From: Chrysomallon squamiferum
Taxonomy: Eukaryota; Animalia; Mollusca
Direction: 5' to 3'
Length of the DNA: 64,000 nucleotides
Assembly: GCA_012295275.1 (NCBI GenBank)
Contig: CM022665.1
Location: 33,170,001-33,234,000, forward strand
Shown here: positions 1 through 12,884 of the stretch, in pieces
Layout: the number at the start of each line of letters is the position of its first letter
How positions within the stretch are numbered: the first letter of the stretch is position 1
The notes under the pieces: model-generated
What the model saw: only the letters and a program-made list of their open reading frames with translations
The model's database searches: none
Told to the model about the DNA's origin: nothing
Made by a program: the position numbers and the translations under genes

Positions 1-1581
1 AGACTTATAACAATCATTGTAAATTTCAGAAAAACTTGAAATGCCCTTATCAGAGACAGTAGATGATTTGTTATGACCTTTTTGTAATAAACAACAACTC
101 TTTGTTTTCGACAATCTTCTAGAGCTGGCAGAACATTTTGTCTGTGATTTAGCTGTCTCTGCATGTGACATGACTGTACTTTCAGTTCTCTCTGATTTCA
201 GAGCTTTACCTAATTCATCACAAAACAAAGAACCAAAAGACTCCTCTGCAAAATCAGTTTTTATCACATCTGCAGTTGGTGCTAAACATTCTTCTATATC
301 ATCATCTTCTGAGTGATAAACAAGAGGAAGACCACATATTGGAAGTTCAGAATCTGTTGTTTTACAACAACCACTTTCATTCTGAGTATTAGCCTGTCCT
401 TTACCCTGCATAACAGTTTGTCTTTTTGATGTATCAGAAATATTTCGGCCTGTGTGTCTTTGTGAATGGTTGTGGGATGTAAAACTTGAAGTATTTGAAA
501 TGTTCTTGTTTGCATGCTGCGATTCAGAGCAGTGAGCTCCTCTCTCAGCATCAGTACTTTTAAAATTCAACATTTCCATTAGATCATGAAGCAATGGTTT
601 CTTCACCAGTACGTCTGCCTGACAGTCAGATGCTAAAGCAGGACTAAAATTGACTTCAAGAAGCCAGGGTTTTAGATTTTCATCAACAAGAATGTCAAAC
701 CCATACAGTTCAAAACAGTTATCAACCTTTGGCACACTGGGTGCCTGAGTAATTAATGTGAGAATAACTATGTTGATGATACGAAGCCAGAGTTTCTGGT
801 CATTAATGCCTTTCTGATGAAAGTAGTAACGTAATTGTAGAAGTGTCCATTTACATCCAGGACCAACTCTCTCCTTGTCACACATGTAGCTGGGACTGTG
901 TTTGTTAATGGAAGTGTTAGTTAAGTGAGCAAAGATATTGTTTATTGAATTCAAATCAAATTTTTCTGTACTGAATCTCACCAGACCTTCCTGGTGGATA
1001 TAGACAGTTAGAGGATGAAAGGATGGAACAGCTACATAGATTCTGATGTCAAATTTATAGCCAGCTATGAGGAATGGATTTGACACATACTGTTGGATGA
1101 TAGCACTACAGTCATACTGCAGCTCAGATAACTCTCTGAACAAAAATATTCCTCTTCCTCGAGACATATCCACTGGTTTACAGATCCACAACAAAGATTT
1201 ATTATTCTCTGTTCCTTTCAGTTTACTGTACTCAGCAACAAACTTAGTGTAATCATTAGGCACATTGAATGCTAGTGGACTAAAATTATAAACACCACTT
1301 CCATAAACACCCTTCATCCGTTTCAGGGTTCTAGCAAGAAAGTCCTTTCTTGTGATGCCTACAGAGTTTGGATAATGATTCAGCCGCTGCCAAGGATTGA
1401 TCTGATTGTAGTCACTTGTGCGGAAACGTGACGTCTTCCACCATATATTCCAGTCAGATTCATCATGTTTCTCCTCATCATATTCCAGCCACCCTTTCTC
1501 CAGAAACACTTGATGCAGTAATTCTGGCCCGATTCCATTGTCATTGATTCTAAAAACAAGGGCTTTATTTTCCATTTTCAT
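1..1581 (-). CDS. TTLL2: Tubulin tyrosine ligase-like polyglutamylase, TTLL2-like (3' part runs off the window)
   Basis: Reverse-strand frame is open from ATG 1581 (in-frame stop upstream at 1639-1641) to base 1, 527 codons. TTL motifs: QRLNHYP, ITRKD, WICKPVDMSRGRGIFLF, IIQQYVSNPFLIAGYKFDIRIYV, EGLVRF, AHLTNTSINK, CFELYGFDILVDENLKPWLLEVNFSP. KERVGPGCKWTL is the TTLL2-type segment as I recall it. Acceptor ttttcag at 1698-1699. Confidence 0.9.
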   Translation of the reverse strand, partial: MKMENKALVFRINDNGIGPELLHQVFLEKGWLEYDEEKHDESDWNIWWKTSRFRTSDYNQINPWQRLNHYPNSVGITRKDFLARTLKRMKGVYGSGVYNFSPLAFNVPNDYTKFVAEYSKLKGTENNKSLLWICKPVDMSRGRGIFLFRELSELQYDCSAIIQQYVSNPFLIAGYKFDIRIYVAVPSFHPLTVYIHQEGLVRFSTEKFDLNSINNIFAHLTNTSINKHSPSYMCDKERVGPGCKWTLLQLRYYFHQKGINDQKLWLRIINIVILTLITQAPSVPKVDNCFELYGFDILVDENLKPWLLEVNFSPALASDCQADVLVKKPLLHDLMEMLNFKSTDAERGAHCSESQHANKNISNTSSFTSHNHSQRHTGRNISDTSKRQTVMQGKGQANTQNESGCCKTTDSELPICGLPLVYHSEDDDIEECLAPTADVIKTDFAEESFGSLFCDELGKALKSERTESTVMSHAETAKSQTKCSASSRRLSKTKSCCLLQKGHNKSSTVSDKGISSFSEIYNDCYKS

Positions 1582-1718
1582 TATTTTTAAATGTTTGTAA
1601 TGTTCTACTGCATGTTCACCACATGATCTCAGTTGCAGTTATAAATTCAAAAAGCAGTGGTCATAACTATTTTTTCTGATGCTGAAACTGTGTCAATCTG
1701 AAAACAACAACAACAACT

Positions 1719-1749
<31 letters not shown>

Positions 1750-2357
1750 TTATATAATTTTTTTAGGTTTTTTTAATACATTTCAAGTTTAAGATCTTAT
1801 GTTTGAGATAATTAGACACAAATGAGAGATAAAAGTAACTGTGATAGCTTATGTAGTTTGTATCAAGCACACTTCGACTTGAAAGAAAATTCTCTATTAT
1901 CAATCACAAATGCAAAGGATTTAATTTAAATGCTACGAAATAAATGTAATTTATAAAAATGCTGCATGTATCTTGTATGAACAATATCAATAAAAGCAAA
2001 AGTTTGACACAAAGTTTAATTTGAAGAATTTCAGGTAAATATATCTGTTAACTGCTTGGTATTTAGACACAATGTGTGAGGAATACATGAGGTATATATG
2101 ACAACCAAGCACATACTTTTTTAGAACAATTTATGATGTGCATTTAATGATAATCATGCCTAATTCCATTCTGTTATATTCAAGTGGCGGAAATAATTTT
2201 CCTTAGCTGTACTGGGAACAACTGATGGTAATAAAAAAAAACAAAAAAACATCTATATAAATTACAATATAGTCTGATAAACTGATCTGCAAGACAACAT
2301 TAACAAAAATGACAATCATATAGTTTGTTGGTTTGTTCTTGTTTGTTTTAATTTTTT

Positions 2358-2392
<35 letters not shown>

Positions 2393-3519
2393 GTATATGT
2401 TTAGATTGATTTTGCAGCCACTGATGGTCAGGAAACACTTTTAAACTGGATCAAATTAGGACCAGACAGTTGAAATTGATTTAAATTTATTTATTTATTT
2501 ATTCCTTTTTTTAAATTAATAATCTGATTTTATTGAAGCTTCTTCTATTAATACATTCGTACCATTAATATTAATGCATTTCATTTAATCTTGTTTTTTA
2601 AGTTTACATTTCTAATAAAGCATGTTGCTTCAGAGACTTGGGAGTGTGGCCCTGTGAACCTCAATTTCCTGATCTGATAAAATTGCAAATCTTAAATACC
2701 TTTGAGAATAATAAAGTATCAGATACAGATCATGAAGGAATATTCAACTCAGGAAAGGAAATTAAAAACATGACATAAATATCCACTGCACAATTTGTGT
2801 ATGTACAGTGAATAATATGATTATGCAAAATTGAAGTTTAAGTAATGAGCAACTGATAAGCAAACTAAAACATGGGTATGACAATAGTATTATTTGGTTA
2901 ACAGGTTATTTCTACATAACTCATTTTAAAATGTTAGTTGGGTTTTTTTAGTTTTAGTTTTTTTGCTTTGTTTATTGCTTATTAATGTTAATGACAAACC
3001 AAATAGTTTGTTTGAGTTTTTCAACTGTCTCTACATTGCAATATTTGAAATTCTGAATATATAAAAATCAAATGAAATCAAACTCATGTTTCTCAGATCC
3101 CTACTTGAGAAGTATATATTGCTGGATTATTATTATCTGACCTCTTTTTGTGCATAAAAAATAAAATCTTTGGAACCAAGGTTCCAGAAATCAGTGGTGT
3201 ATCTATGTCTGCTTACACATGTATGTTTATCTATCTACATCTATCTACGAGATGAATAAAATCACTTGAAGTAAATGTTGGAGGTGCTTCTTAAATTTCA
3301 AAGATTTTTACTTTACACTACTTTCTTTGTGAAATAACATCTCTGAAATTGATCTGTATGGACTTGAAGGTTAAAAACAGTTAACAATTGATTTAATGAT
3401 GACTGATACTGTTAAAAAGTATCACTGAATGTACAATGTAATGTATTCACCAATATTACATATGTAAATATATATATTTCAACAAAAATTATCAAATGAA
3501 ATTTAATACAAACGGTTAC

Positions 3520-4400
3520 TGATTGCTCTCTGACTGAAATGCCTGTAAAAAATGAATTAAAATCCACTTAAAATTAAAACTGTTATGTTAATTTTATTTG
3601 TTCTTATTTAACTCATCTTAATACTATGCTTTTCAATATATATTTATTTATGACTGACTGGCATTAAATAACTTTCTTGTTCATACTGTATCTTTTTGTC
3701 AGTGCTACTCATAATTAAATATGCCTCTTTATTATTTTTTAACAGACTATGTCCATTCACCTTATACATACACAAAAAACAAAACATTATAACATGAATA
3801 ATACAGTAATCATAAAAATTAAAAAAAAAATAATAATAAAATATGTATTTTTGCACACTTTTTATTTGTAAAATTAAAAATAACAAGTTACTTCAGATGT
3901 GAATACATACATATACGTTACTGTTGGTACATATCTATTATAGTATTATCATATACATCATTTTCATGTAATAATATAATTTGCAATGGTATGTTTGTTG
4001 TTTATCTTTGATCCAATTATATAAAATATTTACCTGAAGGAGCATAATCTAGTAATATAACCTTCAAAGTCTACTCTAACAATTTATATTAATACCCGTA
4101 CGTCACTTCTTTGGAGTTTAAAGCAAGTTACCGGACTCGCCGATCTCCAAAGAGACAAGCTGACTTCGCGACGGTCATAATGAGTCAATGTCACCAGTTA
4201 ATGAGTTATAGGTCCAGATAATAAAATAAATTAAATAGTCGTCGTTAAATATTTTTCTGTGAAATATATAATTAATAACATTACATACTGGTAACTTTCA
4301 AAGTATATAATCTTTGATAAAGACAATGAAATATTTACCTCTCTCATTATTTGTTACCTTTTCCAACACCTCTCCGTTGTTGACATCACGTGATGATTAC
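3520..4400 (-). other. Candidate 5'UTR exons of the TTLL gene (3542-3520; first-exon donors at 4033 and 4338)
   Basis: Minus-strand ttttacag acceptor and GTAACC donor bracket a 23-nt exon. CAG|GTAAAT and GAG|GTAAAT donors lie at the edge of a CpG-rich patch. Confidence 0.35.
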
Positions 4401-4800
4401 GATTGCTAGCGACACCCAATGTAAATGACAGTCTGATACAATAGCAACAAAGTATTTTCATTCTGGTAAATAAATACGACTTCGGTTCATTACTCCAAAG
4501 TACAGATTTAAATAAATAAATAAATAAAATTAATAAACAGCTCAGTCCATATTTGCAAATTGCATTATTTTAGCGAGTTCAGTGATGTGCGGAAAGATTT
4601 CGATACAACTTACATTAAAATCATGCTGAAAAAGGGCATCAAGTTACTATTTTTTGTAATCTTGAAGAAGGCACGGAGGTTTTTCTTTTCATATCTTCGG
4701 GTCCGTTTAGTTGGTTTGTCTTATTTTCGGGTAAAAAAATCCAAAAAATCCCGCGCTCATAAAATATAGTAGTTATCTATAAAGTTTAGTATGTTTGTCA
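4095..4800. promoter_or_regulatory. CpG-rich promoter region of the TTLL gene with an RFX X-box-like site
   Basis: Local CpG cluster in a CpG-poor background. gattgctagcgac 4401-4413 (reverse GTCGCTAGCAATC), half-site atagcaac 4441-4448, cacgtg 4387-4392. Confidence 0.5.
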
Positions 4801-5649
4801 TCAATGACAGTTTATATACATTTAAAACAAAAACGCATATGCTTTTCTGCACTACTTCCTAGACCTACTTACCTCCCTTGAATGAAAACAATTTAAGAAT
4901 GAGTACATCCGTTACAGTAGTGCAATGTTTTTCTTCTTTTTGTTTTGTTCTTAAAAGAAGAAATCGTAGCAAAATTAGGAGAAAAACGTATTTTAATTTA
5001 CAAACCACGGTTAAAAGCGACACTTTTATTTTCTTCTGGCGATACATACATGCAATTATGCATACACACGCCCCAGTTGTTGTGCAAGAACTGCCATTAT
5101 GATTATGCCATACAAGTTTAAAATAGATTGAACCATTCTCCCAGAAATGCACAAATTGGAACATTTGTCTTTTCGATAAAATTATTAAATATTGATGCCT
5201 CACAAGAATTAAAAATATGTGATAAAACATCAGAAGACTATCAAACCATCGGAACTGTATGTTCAAATAGTTGTATTTATGTTTGAAAAAAATAGCTCAT
5301 TGTTTGTTCTGTATTAGGCAAAGTGGCATATCCTATTTCTAATAGCATATATGTATTTATTATTATTATTTTTTTTTTGCATATGATTTATTGTTAAGAA
5401 TAAAAAACATATAATATATTTTTTATATATTTGTCCTAAAAGCCACACATCAAACATGGCCCTTGTTTTTGAATCATTACCATGACATTGTGTATGTTGG
5501 ACAACTGGTTGAATATACAAAGATCAAGAAAATGCATCACATGATCAGAAAAACTACAATTTTAATAATGGAAATTTATTTTTGTGTAATTCTTTAATAA
5601 ATCTCGTTAAATCACAACTTATCATGCATATATTTATGAAGCACAAATA

Positions 5650-6270
5650 TTACAGAGAGGCAACATTGGTAGAATGGGCAACATCATGAATGTACATTAT
5701 TCTGAATAGAATATTTCAAAAATAAAGTAGGGATGAGAGGGACATGGAAAAGTCCAAAAGGAGTAACTTAGAAAGAAATTGACTACATCTTGACAATCAT
5801 ACCAAATACAATTAGAAGTAACATTCATTAGCAAAGTCAATATTGTAAGTGATCACAAAGAACAAAATTGTACTGAATATAGAAAAAGGCTAATGAACAA
5901 GAAACCATACAAATTAGACATAATATAAATAGGATCAAAGAATAGTGAATTCCAATTTGAATGACAAAATCATTTCTAGACCCTTAAGTAATTAGAAGAC
6001 ATTGATTCTGTATGAAAATACCACAAACATGATCCAATAAGTTGCCACTGTCACAGCCAAAACAACAAACAAGGAAAACAAAATGGAGGATTTTATTACC
6101 CACAACAGAGTAAGCAGAAATAGGCAAAACAATCAAAAAGAGAATAACTGAGGACATTAGGAATAACAACAAAGAAATCAAATGAAAAATAATTACAGCA
6201 TCAAACAGCTTGCAGAAAGTTGGAAGAGCACAGATGCTTTGGCCAAGACAGACTGATTACTCTAAAAAGT
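5650..6270 (+). mobile_element. Degenerate RTE-type LINE fragment (endonuclease C-terminal half)
   Basis: KEIDYILT at about 5772-5795, SDH at 5848-5856, then AEIGKTIKKRITEDIRNN; interrupted by stops and frameshifts. Confidence 0.65.
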
Positions 6271-6747
6271 ATAAAGCTATTTTAGCCTCATATTTAGTTT
6301 AAATATGCCAATGAATTTCTGGCAATATTGCTTCATCCTCTTATATTTCAAACTCATACACTTCTATTACAATTACAGTACAACACCAGTCTCTGCCAAA
6401 TATCTGATAATATAACAACAGAATCATAAAATTGCTAGTGTGTCTGTGGTACTAAAATTCCGAAAATTATCATGATGTTAATAAAATATGAAAAATCATC
6501 ATAATTAAAGTAACTTATCTTTTGTAATTTTTCCTTTTGAAATATTTGATGTTATCTGTGAAATTAGACCATACATTTCTTTTTACTGCAAAATTACAAA
6601 CATATTTAAATATTCAATTTGTCTAATTTGTTCTCAAATATTAGCTGAGAGAAAGTTAAATTTAAAGTAATATCATCATATATACAAAAGGTGATCAATA
6701 CTGACAAATGATATTTTGTTATTATTCTTTACATTTTATCTTTTCTG

Positions 6748-9700
6748 TCATTTTCCTTTAGATTCTTTGTATGAAAGAAGGAACCAGCATTTTTGTAATT
6801 CTGCTATTCTTGCCTCTGCCTGAAAAGATAAAAAAGATATATTTGAATATAATTCTAACACCAGAAACATTATTTAGTACTGCATAACATATAAACAAAT
6901 GAAAGAACAAGTTCCAGGAAACAAAAAACAAAGAATGCTAAAAATAGAGGTTTAAAGACCAGTTATGAAACATATCTGATACCCACAAATCATTTATAAA
7001 ATGTATATGAAGTCTATAAAACTTTGCATTGATTATGATGGATTGTTTCTTATTACATTAAAAATAATTAACAGTTTTTGGCATGCCTTGATCTATCACA
7101 ATCAAACTATTACCTAATGAGACATGAATTCAAAAACACTTGGATTCAGGGATCTGTACATCTTGGGTACCACTGGCAAATAGTGGTACCCAGAGAACAT
7201 AGATTGTTTTTCTCCCACCAGTTTTGATTTCAAATGTGCTACAGTGGTAAAATCTATATTGTATATGGGTGATCAAAAATCCACTAAAAGGTTTTAGACT
7301 ACTCCAAGAATTTCCAATAGATTAGCCAATTAAGTGAATGTGGAAACAAACTGTTAACTGCAGTTTTTAAATGCGCGTGCACACACACACTCACACACAC
7401 ACACACCTGCACATAAACACACATACACACATTCAGCCTTCGATTTTTATTCTTTTTCAGGCAAGGTAAGTGTTGCCTTGGGTTTAATAAGAAACGTTAC
7501 AGTACTAAGATAACTTAATTTTTATCATGTTTTCACAGAAGTCACTGAGGTTGCTGCAGCTTGTAGCTTTATTATACAGCCAATAATTAATCAAAATCGT
7601 GTTTATTTAAATTATTTGTTCCTGAAAAAATAAATAGATTGCACAGTTGGTGGCCACTGACCTAAGCTCCTGCTTATTGTATTTTTTTATTCTATTCTGC
7701 CTTGGCATTTTTAGTTTAAAAGTTAAGTAAGACAACAGAGCTACCTAATTAACATAATACTTACCTCATTTTGTAAAGTATTGTGTCATGATGCAAATAT
7801 GGCAAACCCATGATGCTACCTCATAGGCTGAAAATCATTCTGTTCACAGAAGTTGTAATGTGAAACTTCAAAAATCTTTTTATGGTTATTTGACATGGTC
7901 ACTGAATCAATGGGATTTATAGATAGGGCACACAGGCAACTAGGTAGGGCATCCACAAAGTTTTATTGCCATGAATATCATCAAAGCAATTATGAAGGAC
8001 AAACACGACACTTGCCCTGGTAAGATTTGAAGCATATGTATGTATGTATGTACACATATGCATTGGCTGCCTATATGGGGTATGGAAAAAATGGCACTTG
8101 GAAAAAATGGCATCCAGAAGAAATGGCACTGTGAAACGTTTGAAGAATACAACAAAACATGGATAGTTGAAAAAAACTGTTACAAGGTGTTCACAATGAA
8201 AAGAAGTCCCAGCTCCACTGTGAAAACCAGAAATAGAAAGGTAACAAATCTGTATTCTTAGAATAAAGAGTGGTTGACAGGAATCAAATCACTTAATTTT
8301 ATTTGCTTAAATGGATCTGCAAGAGTTTAGTTTCTATTATTATCCTCAGAGCTAAGTTATTTATTTATTTTATTATTTAAAAAAAAAAAAACAAAAAAAA
8401 AAACCATTAATATATTTACATTATTTGTTAAAAAAACATGCTCTATTAAACCTAATAATGTTATTCAGAAACATCAGGGATTAGAGTTAAAGAACAGGTT
8501 TTGGTTTGCACAACTTTACGAAGACATGAAAAAATTATGATAATCAAAATATTTGAATCACATATGCCTATAAATAACTTGACAGCCTTGCATATTTGGT
8601 GGCAGCTAACCTCTTGCTCGGTGCTTTTTTAATTCTATTTGACCGTGGTATTTCTAGTTTAAAAGGTAAGACAATAGAAATTAAATAATTAACATAATAC
8701 TGACCTCTTTCCATGGAATCCCACATTTTGTGCACTTGATGGTTGTTTGTTAGCTACTTTCTTTCATTGTAAGTCCACAGATTCTCAATGGAATTTAGTT
8801 CTAGGCTGCTCTAAGGCCATTCCAACAGAAAAATTGTTTTCTTGAGGATATCACTGGCTTCACTGGATTGACAACAAAGCTAATCAAAAGGCAGTTTCAT
8901 CTTCTTCTTCAGTTGCTCCACATACCTAGGTCCATTCTCAGTGATGTCATGTGGAATAAAATACAGACCTAAAGGAGAAAAACATCACACAACACTCTGT
9001 TTATCTGACTTAATGGGTATTTTATTGCTGCTCCTGTTTATTTTTCATCATTTTGCTTTCTGCTAGTTGCCTGATGTGCCTCAAGTGAGGTATAAATGTT
9101 ATAACTTTCTTCCACTGTGTGAGAATCCAATGTACTTTTTAAGAATAAAGCAGCCTGAATTCTCTTGCTTGAGCTCTATGGCTAGTGCATCATAATTTTT
9201 CTTCTGAGGTAGTCATCCCTGAGCATAGTTTTCCGCTATAGATAAACAATTTCATGAAAAATTTCATCAGGATTGAATTAGATAATGGCATTGTGCACAG
9301 CTGTCTCGGAATAACAAAATTTAGCACTAATATATATATGCTTATCCATGGACAGTTTATATTTTTCCCATTAATTTCTGAGCCGTTTCTCTTTTAATAA
9401 GTTATTTGGTGATTATTTCTTCTTCTTAACATTTAATTATAACTTAGGTTGAATTCAACAAGAAACTTCATAATGTAAACATATTTTACCAACATTATTT
9501 GTTGCATTTACAAAGCTGTAATGTTTATGAGAAAACCAATTCAGGCATTTCCAAATGAATCTAATTGTTTAAGAAAATAAAAAGATTATTAAATGTTCTT
9601 TAAATCTATTTACAAAAATAAAATCTTTAATCTTTACTTAGAACCACCATTTTGTAAATCAACCAGACATGAAACTTTTAACAACAGATAACTGAAAACA

Positions 9701-12356
9701 AATATCAACATAGTTATAGTTACTTCATAAACAGTGACAAAGGATTTTTTGTTTTATTTTTGCATGTTTGTTGGCTTGAAAATGTTCCAAAAAAAAAGGG
9801 AATTTTGACTTTGAAAACACCTTGACAAGTCTTTGATATATCCTTAAAAATATGTCATTTGCTGATGTTTCCACATCCTATCACATGACAGCAAATAATT
9901 TCATATAACTAAATAATAATAATAATAAAATTAAATATTAGATAAACAGACACTTAAATTGGGTTTTGAGCGCTGTTTAAAGTGGAGGTTATATGTAAGA
10001 TCATTCTTGGAGATTATTTCTGGGGGCTCAAGTCTAAAATTGATATAAAAATTAAATATTAATTGAGAAAAACCATTGTTTACAGTAATTTATTATTTCT
10101 ACATCACAGTCATGAATAAAGCATGTGGAGCAAACCTTACTGAACAATCTAAGCTTAGCTCTTAGTAAGAAAAAGATCCATGTTAACTGAATTGGCATGT
10201 AGTCATAATATTTCAAATGGCCAGTAAACCAAGCCTGAACAAATCAACAAAACCTTAATTGAGGCATTATTTGGGGATTACGTTAATGAGGAAAATTTAG
10301 AGGAAGCTTCAGACCCAGAAATGATAGAAACAGCAGAATTAGAGGAATCAAGATTCACTTTTGAGCAAATTCTGGGACTCAGAAAATTAGAACATAAAGA
10401 AAAAGAAAGAGAAAGAGAAGACAGAGAGAAAAAAAAAAAAAAGATTAAAGAGAGAAAGTTTCAGTTAGAAAAAATGAAATTAGAACATAAATTCTGATTG
10501 AGTGATAACAATTCAAATAGTTTCAGATTAATGGCTGCCGTTTCTCGGTTTTTAATTTTTATGAAAATAAAATAGAATTATTTTTCCAACAATTTGAGAC
10601 ACATTTACTCGACTGGTTCGAATTTAAAGCTAAAGCTGCACAATTGACTAAACAACGAACTGATCAGAGATTATAAGATATTAAAAGCAGCCATATTTAG
10701 AGCTTATCAGCTAACTAGCAAGGCATATAAACAGTCATTCCAAAATTCAAAGATGAGAGATGCTGAAACATACTCAGAATTTATAGCAAGAAAAAATCTC
10801 TTTGATAACTGGACTGGATCATACAAAATTGATAATGATTATCACAAGTTAAGAGAGATGATGATATTAGATGAAATCAATAATTGTTTGCCCATCAACT
10901 TTAAAATATGTTTATCCAATCAGGTTACTGAAAGTTAGCAGAAAGCTGCATCAGTGTGAAATTCTTTTTAATTCATAAAACTAACTCAGCAGTGAAAACA
11001 AATGATAGAGACTAAGGGAGACAAAAAACACTGTGACATGAATCTTACATATCATTTGGTAATCAGTGAAGTACAACTAGGTAGTTTGAGTTCAGAAATA
11101 ATAATCCATTGAGAACAAGTGCAGAAATGACCAAATAAACTCAGTTTGTGTGCAGAAATGACCAAATAAACTCAGTTTGTCTGCAGAGGCATAGACCTTC
11201 ATATCTTGTTATAGTTACTGCCATAAGACAAACCACATTTTTAATTGCTATGATAGAAAAAGAAATAACAATAAAGCTGTAGATTTAGTAAAAACAAAAT
11301 TAATGAATAGGCATTCTCAAATGAAAGGATCTATACATATACTAGTGTGTAATCTATGAAAATAAGATGGATATTGAACAGATATTTCCATTTTTCAATG
11401 ACACTGATGCCATGCAGTAAATAATTCGAGTTCTGTTTAACCAACAGTAATACCCTTTTACATCAAAATGCACGATGACAAACCCTTAAAAATAATTTAT
11501 GGTGAGTTTCAAGTAAAAAAAGAAACATGAACTTGAGCTTTGTCAAGATGCTTTTAGTAGTTCGTCTTTTTGATTGTGTGGGAATATATAATATACGGGC
11601 AACAAGAAAATCAATGGACTGTTGATACTCTTTTGTGACCTTCAGACGTAACAACAACCACTTCTTTTCCCTTCCTCGACTCTTTTCTCTTCCTCGACTC
11701 TTTTCTCTTCCTCGACTCTTTTCTGGATAGACGCACCTTCTGGCTTTGTCAGACAGGCTTTACAACAGCTTGTTCTGATTAGCACATAAATGTTTTATTT
11801 TTATTTTTTACTCACATTACTGAAATTTTACTTTTTATTATATAAAAGTTAAAATACCTGGTTTTATAAGCAGCTGAACTAGTTGATTGCTGTGACAAAA
11901 TTTTGTTACATAATTTTAAATTGAAAATAATCAGATGTTAACTGTACATGCATTTTTCACCCAATTTAAGTATATTAAGATAAATGTTTACTTTATTATT
12001 AGAAACTGAGAATATTAACACTGAAAATTGCAAACTTTTCATTTCTTCTTTAGTTGCTCTTAAGAAAGAAAATACAACTCAAATTTAACTTCTGTATGTA
12101 TGCTTCTTTTCAGAAGTTTAACTATAGATATATTTACATTTTTGATAATCACCAAAAGCATGTCTAAATTAAATTTAACTTAACATAAATTGCAACTTCA
12201 TCCTTTATTTTATCAGTTTATCAAAGAATTTACTATTATTGTAGCTATTGTTATATAGACTATATTTTCACCACTCAGTACAGTTCATCAAACATACACG
12301 GAGACAATCAGTTTCTTGACATACCTAGATAGATTTAAGATGGATTTTTCAGGTGA
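6748..12356 (-). CDS. Tentative small multi-exon gene; exons 12356-12325, 12058-11992, 9877-9821, 6819-6748; 5' exons unresolved
   Basis: Four AG/GT-bounded segments join in phase (2,0,0) to SPEKSILNLSRATKEEMKSLQFSVLIFSVSNNKDVETSANDIFLRIYQRLVKAEARIAELQKCWFLLSYKESKGK*. The region is CpG-depleted like a gene body and points away from the 14.1-kb CpG island. Confidence 0.4.
8725..9310 (-). mobile_element. Degenerate Tc1-like transposase fragment
   Basis: Reverse strand reads GLYFIPHDITENGPRYVEQLKKK, LLEWP*SSLELNSIENLWT (WPxxSPDLNPIENLW motif) and KVANKQPSSA. Confidence 0.7.
10021..11420 (+). mobile_element. Degenerate Gypsy LTR retrotransposon internal region (Gmr1-like, SCAN-related Gag, zinc knuckle, protease start)
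   Basis: PBS-like TGGGGGCTC at 10021. E/R/K-rich Gag coiled coil, then DYKILKAAIFRAYQLTSKAYKQSFQN, ETYSEF and LREMMILDEINNCLP. Knuckle-like YCHKTNHIFNC near 11215 and DTDA (DTGA-like) near 11400. Many stops. Confidence 0.7.
11119..11184 (+). repeat. 31-bp tandem duplication
   Basis: gtgcagaaatgaccaaataaactcagtttgt occurs twice. Confidence 0.85.
11671..11724 (+). repeat. 18-bp tandem repeat x3
   Basis: cttcctcgactcttttct occurs three times. Confidence 0.9.
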
Positions 12357-12469
12357 CTACTTTTATCAAAAGTCAGCAATTACAACTTAAATCCTGATTC
12401 TAGTAAACATCAGGAAGTTGAAATTGTATCAAACATTTTTTCTGAGGTAGGTTTGAAATTAAATTTATG

Positions 12470-12507
<38 letters not shown>

Positions 12508-12884
12508 CACATTTCTTCATTGTATAGCACATAATTCATTAATATTTATAATTAAAATATTTGTTTTAGTGATTCACAGTTAAATGATTAAAATTAAATG
12601 TTAAAAAAAAAAGAAGAAAAAAGAAGAAAACTGAAACCACTCTCACAAGTTTCTACAATTATATTTTTTAAACAGTTGTTTCTTTTAGAAAGTGTCATTT
12701 AAAAACAAAAAGTGCAAACATAATTATTACAGTTTGTAGAAATTGTGTATCAAGAAAAGGAAATTTATATTAAATCACAACTTTCTCTGTGTATTATAAC
12801 AAGCAGGGTTTTTGTTAATTAAATATTGTACTTAATTTTATTGCCTCTTGATCTTCCTTCAAATTACTATTTTTGTTAATGTAA

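Noticed and set aside
11119-11724. Short direct repeats as a CRISPR-like array
   Set aside because: Head-to-tail tandem copies with no unique spacers, in a eukaryotic context with no cas genes.
12357-12806. Plus-strand exon-like frames (EVEIVSNIFSE; FVEIVYQEKEIYIK)
   Set aside because: An in-frame TGA follows the best acceptor and no consistent upstream or downstream exons were found; likely chance in AT-rich DNA.
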